Below are positions 36,851 through 48,276 of a stretch of 64,000 nucleotides of DNA, piece after piece (the stretch's first letter is position 1; each line of letters starts with the position of its first letter). The notes under the pieces are model-generated. The model ran no database searches and was not told the DNA's origin. It saw only the letters and a list, made by a program, of their open reading frames with translations. Both the position numbers and the translations under genes were made by a program. Origin of the DNA: Harriotta raleighana (lineage: Eukaryota); the NCBI GenBank assembly GCA_050575255.1, contig JBNZDD010013730.1, positions 1,350,559 through 1,414,558 of the forward strand, written 5' to 3'.

Positions 36851-37252
36851 TTGTCTATACACCAGGTTTTATCCTCATTTTCGTGGCTCTCTCCCCCTCC
36901 CCCCAACAAGTTGTTGTTGTTGTTGATGATGGGATCCATTCTGTCCCTCAACATCCACCATGGTTACCCCCCCCCCCCCCAGCTCTCCCGCCTCCACTCC
37001 CCACCCACTGACATACAAGTCCTGACTACTAATTCGGAGCAGGGAAAACACTTTCCCCATCTCTCTCTCTCTTGTTCTTCTACCCCCACCGACCCCAATA
37101 AAGGATTCCCTGTTTGAGATAAACTTGCTGAGCTCCAGATATCCAGCCGCGCTTTTCATGTGGTTCTGTGATATAGGTGCTGCAAACATTCACAGAGCGT
37201 GTGGTGGGGGTTGGGGAGGAGGGGGGAGTTGGGGGGGGGNNNNNNNNNNNNN

Positions 37253-37292
<40 letters not shown>

Positions 37293-37561
37293 CGGGGGGG
37301 GGAGCCCATCATGATTACTCCCTTATAATAATAATTATTATTATATTTGATATTGCATGTTATCACGCCTTTGAGACTTCTCAAAGCGCTTGACAGAATA
37401 TACTGTAAAGTGAGCGTACTGGAGATTTTGTGCGATTGCTAAATACAGTACATATACTTATATATATAGATATATAAATATATGCATATATAAACCATAA
37501 ACTCCAATACTTAAGTAAAAGTTTTTTTTTAAATAAAGAGTTTGATGTGAATCATTCACAG

Positions 37562-37683
37562 CCCCGGGAAGAAAAACAGTTGGAGGCATCCGTCGACACT
37601 ATTATTAGCCGCGTTGCTGATCTGAAAAGCTCATTGGCAAGCTTCATCCACAAGTTAGAAAATGAATACGAGAGATTGAACTG
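37562..37683 (+). CDS. MED8: MED8 coding exon 2
   Basis: [40 protein letters not shown]. Confidence 0.96.
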
Positions 37684-38612
37684 GTAAACAGCTGATATTT
37701 TTGTTCTTATAGCCTGGGTGATAGTGTATGCGTGTGTGCTCATTTATATGTGGATCAGAATGATGCATTTCGACATCAATAAACGAACAATCCCAAGATC
37801 AACTGGCTTTTCGAAAGAACCATTGGGGTCTCAAAAAGTCCTGCCGCAATCGTAGTTCTACGCATGATGTTTTTCCACCTGGGGCCTGGGTGTGCAGAAC
37901 AGAACAGAACAAGGAACCCTGGGCACACTCAAGCCAAGCTGGTTGGCAAAGAGAATGTAATATGTATATTAATTCACCAGAGTCGCAAAGTCACAGCTAG
38001 ATTCACGCACAAAACTGCTCAAGATATACGCTCGATTGCTGAAACTACTGACCTACTTTATGTCGGTTGATTCCTGGGCCAACTGGTCTTGTACGTTTTA
38101 AGCACTTACTGCACGGAATTGCATTTCCAAAGCCCCTTTCGGGTCAGGAGGACATCCCAAGGCGCTGAACTTAAAAAGTGTATTCTGTATTTCGTTAGTA
38201 AAGCTACCCAAATATCAGTATCGGCTTTAACCCTGAATTTTTGAAAAGGAAGCATTACAATTAACTTCTGATCCTGGAAGTTCAGGATGCTGTGAGTGCA
38301 GTAAACGGCTGGCGTACTCACTCTCTCACACAGAGATCACTCAGCTTAAGTGAATGTATTAACACTCCATATCTCTTGCACAGCCAGTGTTTTTTTTAAA
38401 AAAAAAATTAATAGAATTAAAGGCAAGGTGGGTTTTGGCCCAGTTTCTGCCAACTGCTTCAGGCCCATTTGAAACATTTGGGTGTCATCAGCTAAATTTA
38501 AGCACGTTGCTTTATCAAATTCAAGGATTTTATTTTTTGATTTTTTATTTAAATGTTGTGTTTTTAAAAAGTTCTCGCGATTTATGGACAAACTTGTGCT
38601 ACATGTTTCAAG

Positions 38613-38757
38613 GCCGTCAGTGTTGGATAACTTTGCCTTGGTATCAGGGCAGTTGAACACTCTGAACAAGCTCCTGAGGAATGAAAAAACACCGCTCTTA
38701 CGGAACCAGGTCATCATTCCATTGTTGCTTTGTCCAGATCGCGATGATGAATTGATG
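38613..38757 (+). CDS. MED8: MED8 coding exon 3
   Basis: [48 protein letters not shown]. Confidence 0.97.
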
Positions 38758-39409
38758 GTATGTTCTAAGTCTGTTTTTTTTTTTCTTCGCAGAAAAGCCT
38801 TTTGTGTTTTTTTCTCAAGCCTTGTTTCTCATTTCATATGAACGTAATCTTTCGTAAAATATTGCCTTTTGTTTGAGAGTTGGATGGTCTCTTGGGGCTG
38901 GAGGGTTACATTTTTACTCAGGTTTACAAGGAGAAAAACAGACTAATAATTCTAGGAGGAAGAAGAAATACAATTTACATTTCTAGAGCACAACACATAT
39001 CAGTGAATGTGTAATTCTGGCAATGACTTGACTCCATTTTTTAATTTTTTTTATTTATTGTATTTATATAGCGCCTTTCACGTCAGGAGAACGTCCCAAG
39101 GCGCTGTACAGTCAAGTGGGGGGAGGGGTCGGGGGAAGAAAAACAGGAAAATACTGACTGTATATTTGTGGGCGAAACGCGGCAGCCAAATTGCGCACAG
39201 CATTGTCCCACAAACAGTCATGGAAGCGAGAGAGCCAGGGATGAAAGGGGGAAAGAGGGGAAGGGGAGGGGTTGGGGCCTCANNNNNNNNNNNNNNNNNN
39301 NNNNNNNNNNNNNNNNNATTGGGATTCAATGGCAATGGCGGATGTCTATTCTACATGACTGACTGGGGAGTGCTGATAATCTGTAAGTGCGGTCGAAGAG
39401 GAAGGTTTT

Positions 39410-39610
39410 TAGGCGGGACTTGAGAGAGGTGGGCAAGGCTGAGGGATTGAGGGAGAGTGTGGGCTGAAAGCGCAATCTCCGACAGTGGAGCGGAGGCGTG
39501 AGATGATGGATTGGAGAGTGAGAAGGTTAGAGGGGTAGGAAGGTGTCAGAGAGTGAAGTGAATTGGACACGAGGGTGAGGAGCTTGAAGTCGATATGGAG
39601 TTTACGGGAC
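39410..39610 (-). mobile_element. L2 fragment
   Basis: HIDFKLLTLV...PSY...VGDCAFS matches the L2 ORF2 C-terminal region. Confidence 0.75.
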
Positions 39611-39814
39611 ATTGATCATTTTAGAGGAAAGCAAAGCAAAGAAAACAAAAACTACAGTCTAAAAAAAAGGGAAATCGGGAGATAACAGGACGATATTCTG
39701 GAACGCTTCCAGTTCCTTAAGCAACTACACTTTTGTTGAACTCCAATGGACCAAATGGCACCTTTCCATCCATTCCTCTCACATCCGTTCCTATTTGCTG
39801 TCTTATTCCCATAG

Positions 39815-39955
39815 AAACTAACAGAGGGTCGCGTTCCTGTTTTCAGTCATGAAGTGGTGCCAGATCATCTCCGGACCAAACCGGATCCGGAGGTGGAAGA
39901 CCAGGAGAAGCAGCTGAGTGTGGACGCAGCACGCCTGGCACCTGATGTGGCCCAG
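39815..39955 (+). CDS. MED8: MED8 coding exon 4
   Basis: [34 protein letters not shown]...VAQ. Confidence 0.97.
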
Positions 39956-39969
39956 GTATGACTTCCAAA

Positions 39970-40375
39970 TGGTTGGTTTCAATTCAAGATCCCGTCCTCA
40001 CCTTTAAAGCCCTCGGTGGGGTTGCCCCACCGTACCTCTGCAATCTCCTAACCCCCCGCCAACCTGTCCGCTCCCTCCACTCAGCCGGCTCCAGCCTGCA
40101 CCTGTCCCACCATCGACAGGGGAGGCTTCAGCCACTCTGCTTCCAAAGCTTTGGAATTCCATCCCGCAATCCCTCCGCCTCACCCCCTTTCTAACCTCCT
40201 TTAAGTTCTGCCTCAAGACCTTCCTCTTCAAACGTTCCATTGTCACCCCCCCCCCCCCACCCACCCCATCCTTCCCGATCTCGACCCCAGCTTGGGTCTG
40301 AAACACACACCATCTGTCCAGTGCCTTGGGACAACCTCTCAAAGTGAAAGGCACTACACAAATCTACTTTTGTTG
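39970..40375 (+). mobile_element. L2 3' fragment with tail
   Basis: LTFKAL..APPYL...LWNS...LKTFLF followed by the hairpin tail. Confidence 0.85.
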
Positions 40376-40663
40376 TTCAGATCCTATTGGGTCTGCGGGT
40401 GATCTAAACAAACTAACGTAGTATGTGTTTGACTGCTCATGAAATGGCAGCCAGCACCTGAAATAAATTGCGGAACAGATGTCACCATTTCCAACATCAG
40501 AACTGCTCAGTACAATCACAATAACATTTACATTTAGTTATTAATCATCTCGACTTTGACCACTGGAGTCATTTGTTGTCAAAAATGCAAATCTGCTGTT
40601 GAGGTAGTTTTTAATGTCCTGATCCTGATCAGATTTATTTCCCCTCCTGACTGCTCCATGCAG

Positions 40664-40751
40664 AAACAGATTCAATCACTGAACAAAATGTGTGGAATTC
40701 TACTGGATAAACTCAACAACACTCGAGAGGAGCGTGAGTCCGAGAGCGGAG
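40664..40751 (+). CDS. MED8: MED8 coding exon 5
   Basis: KQIQSLNKMCGILLDKL...EERESESG. Confidence 0.96.
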
Positions 40752-41170
40752 GTAGGTTTATCGACTGGTGTTCTAATAATGTGGGAAGCTTAAAAGAGGA
40801 ATCGATTTTGAAAGCAAATCCTCCGGATCTGGAGATGCATGCAACATTAAGCTATTCAGTTAATGAATGTCAACCCTAAAGTCTCATAACTGGATTTTAA
40901 TATGCAAATGATCTCACTTGTAAACATTGCTAGAATCATAAGGTCTCTATGCAAACCAAACAATTTCATGGTTCGTTGCTTCGTTATGTAAATCTGGGGG
41001 GAATCCAAGTTGTCAGTTCATCACTTCAGTTTATCTGTTTCTTTTTGTTGCTATTCATACCTTTCTGCACTTCCTTGCTAACCTCATCCCTTTTGCTGCA
41101 AGTGTTAACAACATTGCTGGGAGTAGACAGAAGTAGAATTTCAATACTAATCCAACTCGTTTTCCTCTAG

Positions 41171-41413
41171 CTTTGCGTCAAAACAAACAGACTTTTAACC
41201 CAGCAGACACCAACGCCCTAGTGGCCGCGGTTGGGTTTGGAAGGGGGTTGTCCAAACCGATAAGGCCCCAAGGGCCCAGTGGGCAGCCACCCGGGCCGGC
41301 CTTACCAGGAGCTGTACTTCCTGGGGGACCGAGCTTGGCCCAGGTATCGATCCAGGGTGGGCCAAACCAACAGCAGGGACTGGCCGGCCAGGTCCCACCA
41401 CAAGGTCAGCCAG
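41171..41413 (+). CDS. MED8: MED8 coding exon 6
   Basis: LRQNKQTFNPADTNALVAAVGFGRGLS...GQP. Confidence 0.96.
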
Positions 41414-41599
41414 GTGTGTACAGTGTGTGTGTGTGTGTCTCGCATTTTCTATTGGACATTAAAAGCAAATTTTCAGAAACATTTTTCAAAACTTAAGCTG
41501 GGGGGAGGATGGCCAATTTCTTCTGACTTACCCCCGTGGCCGACACTGTACTCCTGGCACTGCCTTCTTTGTAACATTCTCCCGTTTCCCGGTCCCCAG

Positions 41600-41664
41600 G
41601 TAAGATGCCAAGCACCATAAAAACCAACATAAAATCTGCATCGATGCACCCGTATCAGAGGTGA
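41600..41664 (+). CDS. MED8: MED8 coding exon 7 (with stop codon)
   Basis: GKMPSTIKTNIKSASMHPYQR*, the MED8 C-terminus; total CDS 810 nt, 269 aa. Confidence 0.97.
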
Positions 41665-42200
41665 GCCACCGGAGCCACGGGAATGACCCAGGAATTTGAA
41701 GCCTCAAATCACTTACCTCGAGAATGACATGCTGCCTGCAGTTTGCGTCCGGATCGTTTCATTCATTTTAGTTGCTGCTCACAGCACGACTATAAAACAA
41801 AAACCTTGATATAAAGGTATAAATACCCTTCATTCAGAGAATGTCCGCACCTTTATATTCGATATCCAATGCTCACCAAATCAAAATTGCGTCAATCCCA
41901 ACAGTTTTTAAATGTTTGTTTTTATATAAACTTTGGTCTGCAACACTACTGGTAGTTTTTTCCGCAAATGTAAGTGGTTCGACTTTTCACTGCCTGGCAG
42001 TGCATCTTGTCACATATTTTACATTTGATTTTGTTCAGATTACACAATGCTGAGTCTCCACTCGAGTGAACCAGATAATGAGCATTTTAAGCCCCCGGTT
42101 CACCCGGATATGGGGCTAAATTCTGACTCGCCTCTGTTCTTTTTTTGTTGAATTTTGTAATGTTGGTTGTTTGTTCGAACATCGTAAGGTCAACTCCTTA

Positions 42201-42206
42201 AATAAA
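42201..42206 (+). terminator. Candidate MED8 polyadenylation signal
   Basis: AATAAA about 540 nt after the stop, preceded by a U-rich tract. Confidence 0.55.
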
Positions 42207-44302
42207 GTACTATTTTGATCAAATGATGCAATTGGAGAACTCTTTACAGTTTAAACATTTGTATGACCCATCCCAATTAAAATCCACCATAGTTTTAAGG
42301 GAAGGTGCATTTATGATGCAAGGTACATGTGACACATTAGCAAATGATCACAGAAAGTCACTGCGCTACATATTCACAGATCACCTGGACATGCACCAAA
42401 GATGGAATTACAGTGGGAGGGGGGAAAGAGTTAAAGCATCCTATGCCTCCTTGATAAAAACTTTTATAGCAGAATGGAGTTGATAGGAAATTAATTTCAA
42501 GGAAGAAATAAATTTGGAAGGAAATGAGAAATACTGTAGAACAAATTATGCTTCTAATAAAACTAATGTACATGAATTTCGTGTGAGGTGAAACAAACAC
42601 AGATTCTGATATTAAAATCACTGTCTTAACATTTCATGCAAGACTTACTGATAGTGGTAAGTGTTTCAAGAGCAAGTTTTTAAAACCAGCAGTCTTGCTA
42701 GCTTCCGAGTCAAAGAATGAACCTTTGCTTGAGGTAGTGAATCACGACGTTTGCAACACAGAATAGAGTCCAAGCTTTCCATGTGTTTCAATGTTTTTTT
42801 TATTTCAGCACAGAGAGAATTCCTATTCAAACTTTTCACTGTGATATCATAATCCCAAATTATGGTTTCTGGAGTTATTTCCTTCATTGCCTTATACTTC
42901 AGAGATCTGTTCCGACTGCAACAAGGAAAATGAGATCATGCAAAGAATTAAAGATATACCATTGCTGCTCTCAGTGACACCATCGGGCGGATTGTCCTTG
43001 TCCGCATTCTCATCAAGTTTTAATAAACTTGAGGGTGTTATTTTGGCAATTGTACTCCATACACAGTTCCAGGGAAGCCAATAGTCTGCGTTCCAGTTGT
43101 TACCTCTCTAGCCTGACCCCTTGGGAAGGGTGGGGGGAAGAAAAATCAAATCAGCAATTTCAATTGGGATGGAGCACAGTGAATTGCCTACAGAGTGACT
43201 AATTGTTACTGCAGCTAAATCTAGATTTCAGGTAGGTTTTGCTCCCCAGGGAACTCCAAATAGATCTCACTACTCAGACTGAACAGTATCTGTCGACTAC
43301 ATTCGCTTGTATTGATATGGCAAGAATAGAATTACTCATGGGACTCAATCACCTGGGGTAACGACAAGCGCTGGGCCCCAAAACACTAACAAGTTCTCTC
43401 ACTCCCTGGTTAGGGCCACCAAACTTTCTAATACAATTTCCCTCTAGAGTTCACAAGGGGCTGAACGCAGATCTGCAACACTGATTATATTAAGTAAAAA
43501 TATGAATTCCTAAAACGCCTAATTTAGAATTAGCAAAGTTACACTTAGTGATGGAAGCTGGAACTTTTTAAATTACATATTACAAATCCTCAAAAGAAAA
43601 AGAAAAATCATGTCTTTGTAAACCATCTAAGGGGCTATTTCAAGTGTGAATAAAACGGCAGTTTTAAATTGCTCGTGAGTGAATGGTNAAAGAAAAAGAA
43701 AAATCATGTCTTTGTAAACCATCTAAGGGGCTATTTCAAGTGTGAATAAAACGGCAGTTTTAAATTGCTCGATTAAAGTTGACAGCAGCATGTTGTTTAA
43801 TTCTTTGCAGATTTTTTTTAAAAATGTTTTAAGGCAACTATGGTACAAGTTTATTTCCTTCTGAATTTAAGGGAATGGTTACAACAGGGATGGACTTTCA
43901 AACGCTCGGGGAAACTGCGAGTCAGCAACACCCAGCTCCACAGCTCAGACTTGTGTGCCACCCGCCTTTGGTTTCTCAGTCAGACGGAGTGGGATCTTTT
44001 GCACGTCACATTTTAATCTTTTCTTTAGCTTCGCATTCGACGTCAATTAGAGAAGTGCAATGATTTCCAAACCAAATCCAGAATCGATTAAATCACAAAG
44101 CAGGTTGCTAACTCAATCCTTTTTAAAACTATGATCCGAACAGCCGTTTTCCAGGTTCCCCTTCCAACACAGTGCCAGGGATTAAATCGACAAGAGACTC
44201 TTTTAGTCAAGTATAAAAGTGAAATCGCTGCACCCTCCCTCTTAAAGTTTCAAAAAACAAAAATACAATAATTGGTTTTATTACAAATGTTACTTTTTTT
44301 TT

Positions 44303-44587
44303 TTACTTCATCTTCATTTTTCCATTCATCACCTCCCCATTTTCCACCATGTGCCTGCCATTCTCTAGCCCCAGTTTTCCATTCTTCTTGGCTGCCTTGC
44401 GTTGCTCGGGTGTGTTTTTCGGCAGCCTTTTGCCCTTGGTGTAGGCTTGGTACCAGAAATTGGAGAAGAGAATGAAGAAGAACGTTCCGTACATCCACAC
44501 GAGGTGGATGAAGAGAGGGAACTGGTAATCACAGTGGGACATGAAGTAGTATTGTGTGACGTGGAGGGAGACGAGGATGAACTGGAC
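44303..44587 (-). CDS. ELOVL1: ELOVL1 last coding exon
   Basis: [16 protein letters not shown]...[30 protein letters not shown]...GKMKMK*; ends in a KxKxx ER-retrieval motif. Confidence 0.96.
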   Translation of the reverse strand, partial: VQFILVSLHVTQYYFMSHCDYQFPLFIHLVWMYGTFFFILFSNFWYQAYTKGKRLPKNTPEQRKAAKKNGKLGLENGRHMVENGEVMNGKMKMK

Positions 44588-45396
44588 CTGAAAATGGGGT
44601 TGGGGGGTGGTGGGGGGGGAAAGAAAGTCATTTAAAGTGATCACATGGAGTGCTTAATGTTGCCCCTTGAATTCACTGTTCACTTTCAGACGTCTTTCAT
44701 GGCAGTAGATTAGATTTTGTGCAAGGTAATTCTCCTATTGATTTTTTATTTTTATTTTTTTTAATTATCAACCGGTGTTTTAGTCACCACGGTGAATAAC
44801 TGGCCCGACTGAATTCTACATCCCAACTTTGACCAGCCGTCGCCTCATTCTAAGTCCACACAAGGCCACTTCAGCATTAGTTTCATATTGAATCGTCACC
44901 TGATAGTGCACTAGGATTTATAGGCCATTTAATACGGAATTTGACCCTTCAATTGTGCTGCCAGCCTCAACAAATTGCTGTGTGCTAAATCATCCCACCG
45001 TTCCCGCTAAAGTTTTTTTTTTTTTTCAGTTCCCACGAAACAACTAGAGACAGAGAGAGAGAGAAGCGCAGTCCTCCTTTCCCAAACTATGCACTAGATA
45101 ACAACACCCACAACTTGTATTTAATAATAATAATCCTTGCATATGAGACAGCACTTTTTCCCTTCTTATCAACCTCTCAAAGCGCCTCACAGAGTATACT
45201 TTAAAGTGTACAGTTGTGGGCAAAACGCGGCAGCCAACTGTCCCACAAACAGTCGTGGATTGAAAATGATCAATATTTATCACAACCAATTTTACAAGAC
45301 ACCTATCTGTACGATACGCTAAAGCTTCACTACAGTGGAACAAGGACACACACACACACACACACACACCACCAGATCTTAGAGAAAGGTACTCAC

Positions 45397-45533
45397 AAGT
45401 TGGATTGCTGTCATATATTTTTTCCACCAGAGGTATTTCTGAAACGCTGGGCCAGCTGCAGACAGTCCATAATAGAAGTACATGATAACATGGATCACAG
45501 AGTTGATCATGGCGTGAAAGGAACCCATGCCAC
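45397..45533 (-). CDS. ELOVL1: ELOVL1 coding exon 6
   Basis: [45 protein letters not shown]. Confidence 0.97.
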
Positions 45534-45825
45534 CTGAGAAGAAAGAGAGAGAAATGGAAAGATGTTACACGACTTCGATCAGGGTTCAGTTCTAACCCTC
45601 GCATTTAAGATCCCACCGTCAAATCAGCTTCACAGAATTATTTTTAACTGTGAAGCACAGTGACTATCTGCAGGCAAACGTGGCAGCCAAACTGCGGTTG
45701 ATATACTGCCCTATCACTGTATGAACACATCTCAGAGTACTTCACAGGGTATACTGTCAAGTGGATTGACTACACACATACACACACACACACAGACACA
45801 CATACACAATCCAATTTCTTTATAC

Positions 45826-45931
45826 CTGGTCCAAACTTGATCCCCCACCACCAGGTCCAAGGCATAACTGAATGGTGGAAGATGTGGAGGAAGGTGATCT
45901 GACTGTTCTTCTTTCGCAAGACAAAGAAAAC
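45826..45931 (-). CDS. ELOVL1: ELOVL1 coding exon 5 (HxxHH motif)
   Basis: [35 protein letters not shown]. Confidence 0.97.
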
Positions 45932-46542
45932 CTTCAAACACAAAACAAGGTGTAAATAGATCACTTCCAGCTTCTGTACATAGGCAAAAGAATCTTAATA
46001 TAAGAACAGAATCACATTAATACGTCATTCATGTTGTACACTGGTAGCAAACTACTCAGAACAATGGTATTGTTATGTGTGAATCCTTACTAAAAGTTAC
46101 AATATTTTCTCAAAGAAAAAGGTTATTTTTGACCCCCCGACTTGTTAAAAGAAAAAAAACTAAGCTTTTTTAGAAATATAATTTAGGGTCTCAGCTGAGA
46201 GCTGATTGAATGAGTCTGCCAATTTGAGACTGCTCCTTGAACTACTCATGTAGAAATGCTGGACATCGATAATCAAGTTCAGCTGCAATGCACTCAGTTA
46301 GAACAGCCCGCCAAACACTTTCAAAGCTCACAGTTGAATGAGGTATACTGTACCTCAGTATTGGGGGAAAAAAAGTTGTCAAATGCCCTTTTAAGGAAGG
46401 AGGAAAATTGTTGGAAGTAATTACCAAGAATTTAGATCATTTAAAACCAGATCTAAGAAAATTTCTGCACAATCAAGAAATCACTATATATATATATATA
46501 TATATCTACACACTTTTTTTTAAAAATACACGAGATACTCAC

Positions 46543-46599
46543 AGTATCCAGCAATTCAATGAATTTGGAGAACAGAAACAGCCATGCGACTCGCACCAT
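46543..46599 (-). CDS. ELOVL1: ELOVL1 coding exon 4
   Basis: MVRVAWLFLFSKFIELLDT (ELOVL1-type rather than ELOVL7-type). Confidence 0.97.
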
Positions 46600-47764
46600 C
46601 TGAGAAAGAGACGGAAAAACACAGGGCACTAGTATTAGACACACTCAGCAGAGAGAGACAGACTCTGCTTATACTTGACCAGATCAAAAATTTACTATAA
46701 TAATCCTTGCGTTTGATGTAGCGCCTTATCACGTCATCGGGACGACGCAAAGTGCTTCACAGAGTATACTGGAAAGTGTAGTGGCTGTATTTTGTGGGCG
46801 AAACGAGGCAGACAATCAATCGCGCAAATTGCAGCGTCCCGCAAAACAGTCGAGTGGATCGAGTTATTTTCTGCGGCAACTGAAGAATAAAACGGGATTG
46901 ATCCTCAACAAGTTTCGGGTTCACCGAGAATCCGTGGGCGTGTATGGGGACGACGATGGGGAGCTGGACACAATAGGTGGCACTGTCACACCAGTACTGC
47001 AGTCTTGCAGCAAATGTCAGCGTTGAACCAAACTGGATCTCTTCACCCCCAGTGACTATTAGGCCGTAAACTTCACACTGGAAACGCAGACGAATGCAGG
47101 CGTTAAGATGCACAGTTTATGACGCCGCTGCGAGAGGCTGCATGCTAATGCGGGGATTCCAGAAACGTGGCTCGCTCCAGGCCAAGGCACAGGGTTTAAA
47201 AGCATAAAGGTAATAAAAATTATAATAATAATAATCAATAATAAGAAGAATCCTTTGCTTTCCATACAGCCCGTTTCACGACATCTTGACGTCGCGAGAG
47301 CGCTTCACAGAACATACTGCAAAGTGAATTGACTGCATATTTTGTGGGTGAAAGGTATGCAGTACAGTTTAAAATACAGTGGTACAGAATGTTCTGAAAG
47401 GTCAAAAGAGTAGGGAGTCTATACTTGTCCCTAAAAAATAAAATTCAGAAGTTGAGGAAGGTGACTGACTGATTGACTAGCTCAGGGGGGGGAAAAAAAC
47501 ATTGCNGGGGGGGAAAAAAAACATTGAATATTCTGGATTGAGCTACCAAACGAAAAGGAAATATTCAACAGTAGAGGCCTCCCTCAGACCACCCAGGAGA
47601 GATAAGAAGAATATCTTTGTGAAGAGAAAAGAAGGGTAGGTAGATACAATAATGCGACGAGTGCGGCTACTTGCATCAGAAGATACAGAACTAGTTATAC
47701 TGTAGGATTGCTCTGAGCTCATGCCTAGGACTCCAGCAAGGGAATCTCCCACCGAGTCTGGATC

Positions 47765-48276
47765 CCAATCAAGTCAGTTCTGCAGCTTATCAAAAACTCT
47801 GCCGCTCGCGTTCTCACTCCACCAAACTTCGCTCCCCATTACCTCAGTCCTTGCCAGACTTCACTGGTTCCCTATCCCAGAGAGGATTGATTTGAAGATC
47901 CTCACCCTTGTCTTCAAATCCCTGCACTCCTCTGCACTCCCCCCTACCTCTCTGACCTACTCTCTCCTCAAACCAGCACCCGTTGTCTTTGTTCCACCAG
48001 GTCTGGCCTCCTCCATGTCCCCGAATCCTCCGCTCCACCCTCGGCGGCCGTGCCTTCAGCCACTATGCCCGAGGCTCTGGAATTCCCTTCCTAACTCCCT
48101 TCGTCTCGCCCTCTCTTTTCCCAGCTTCAGGTCCAAGCTAAAGACCTGTCTCTTCGACCGCTCCTTTAGTCACCTTTCTACCCCTGGCTTGGTCCCAGGA
48201 TCCAATGTTGTGAACTGCTCTGAGACGTCGTCCGGCGTGAAGGCCGCTATATATATCAAAGTTGTTGTTGTTGTTC
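47765..48276 (+). mobile_element. L2 3' fragment, second subfamily
   Basis: LHWFPIPERIDLKILTLVFKSL...LWNSLP...FRSKLKTCLF; (GTT)n tail. Confidence 0.88.

Noticed and set aside
36114-37117. Pro/Leu/Ser-rich or Arg/Gly-rich ORFs
   Set aside because: Translations of low-complexity purine tracts
43593-43771. Apparent ~83-bp direct duplication; similar ones near 47506, 51013, 53844, 55473, 61329 and 63433
   Set aside because: Each straddles a single N, the signature of unmerged overlapping contig ends rather than biology
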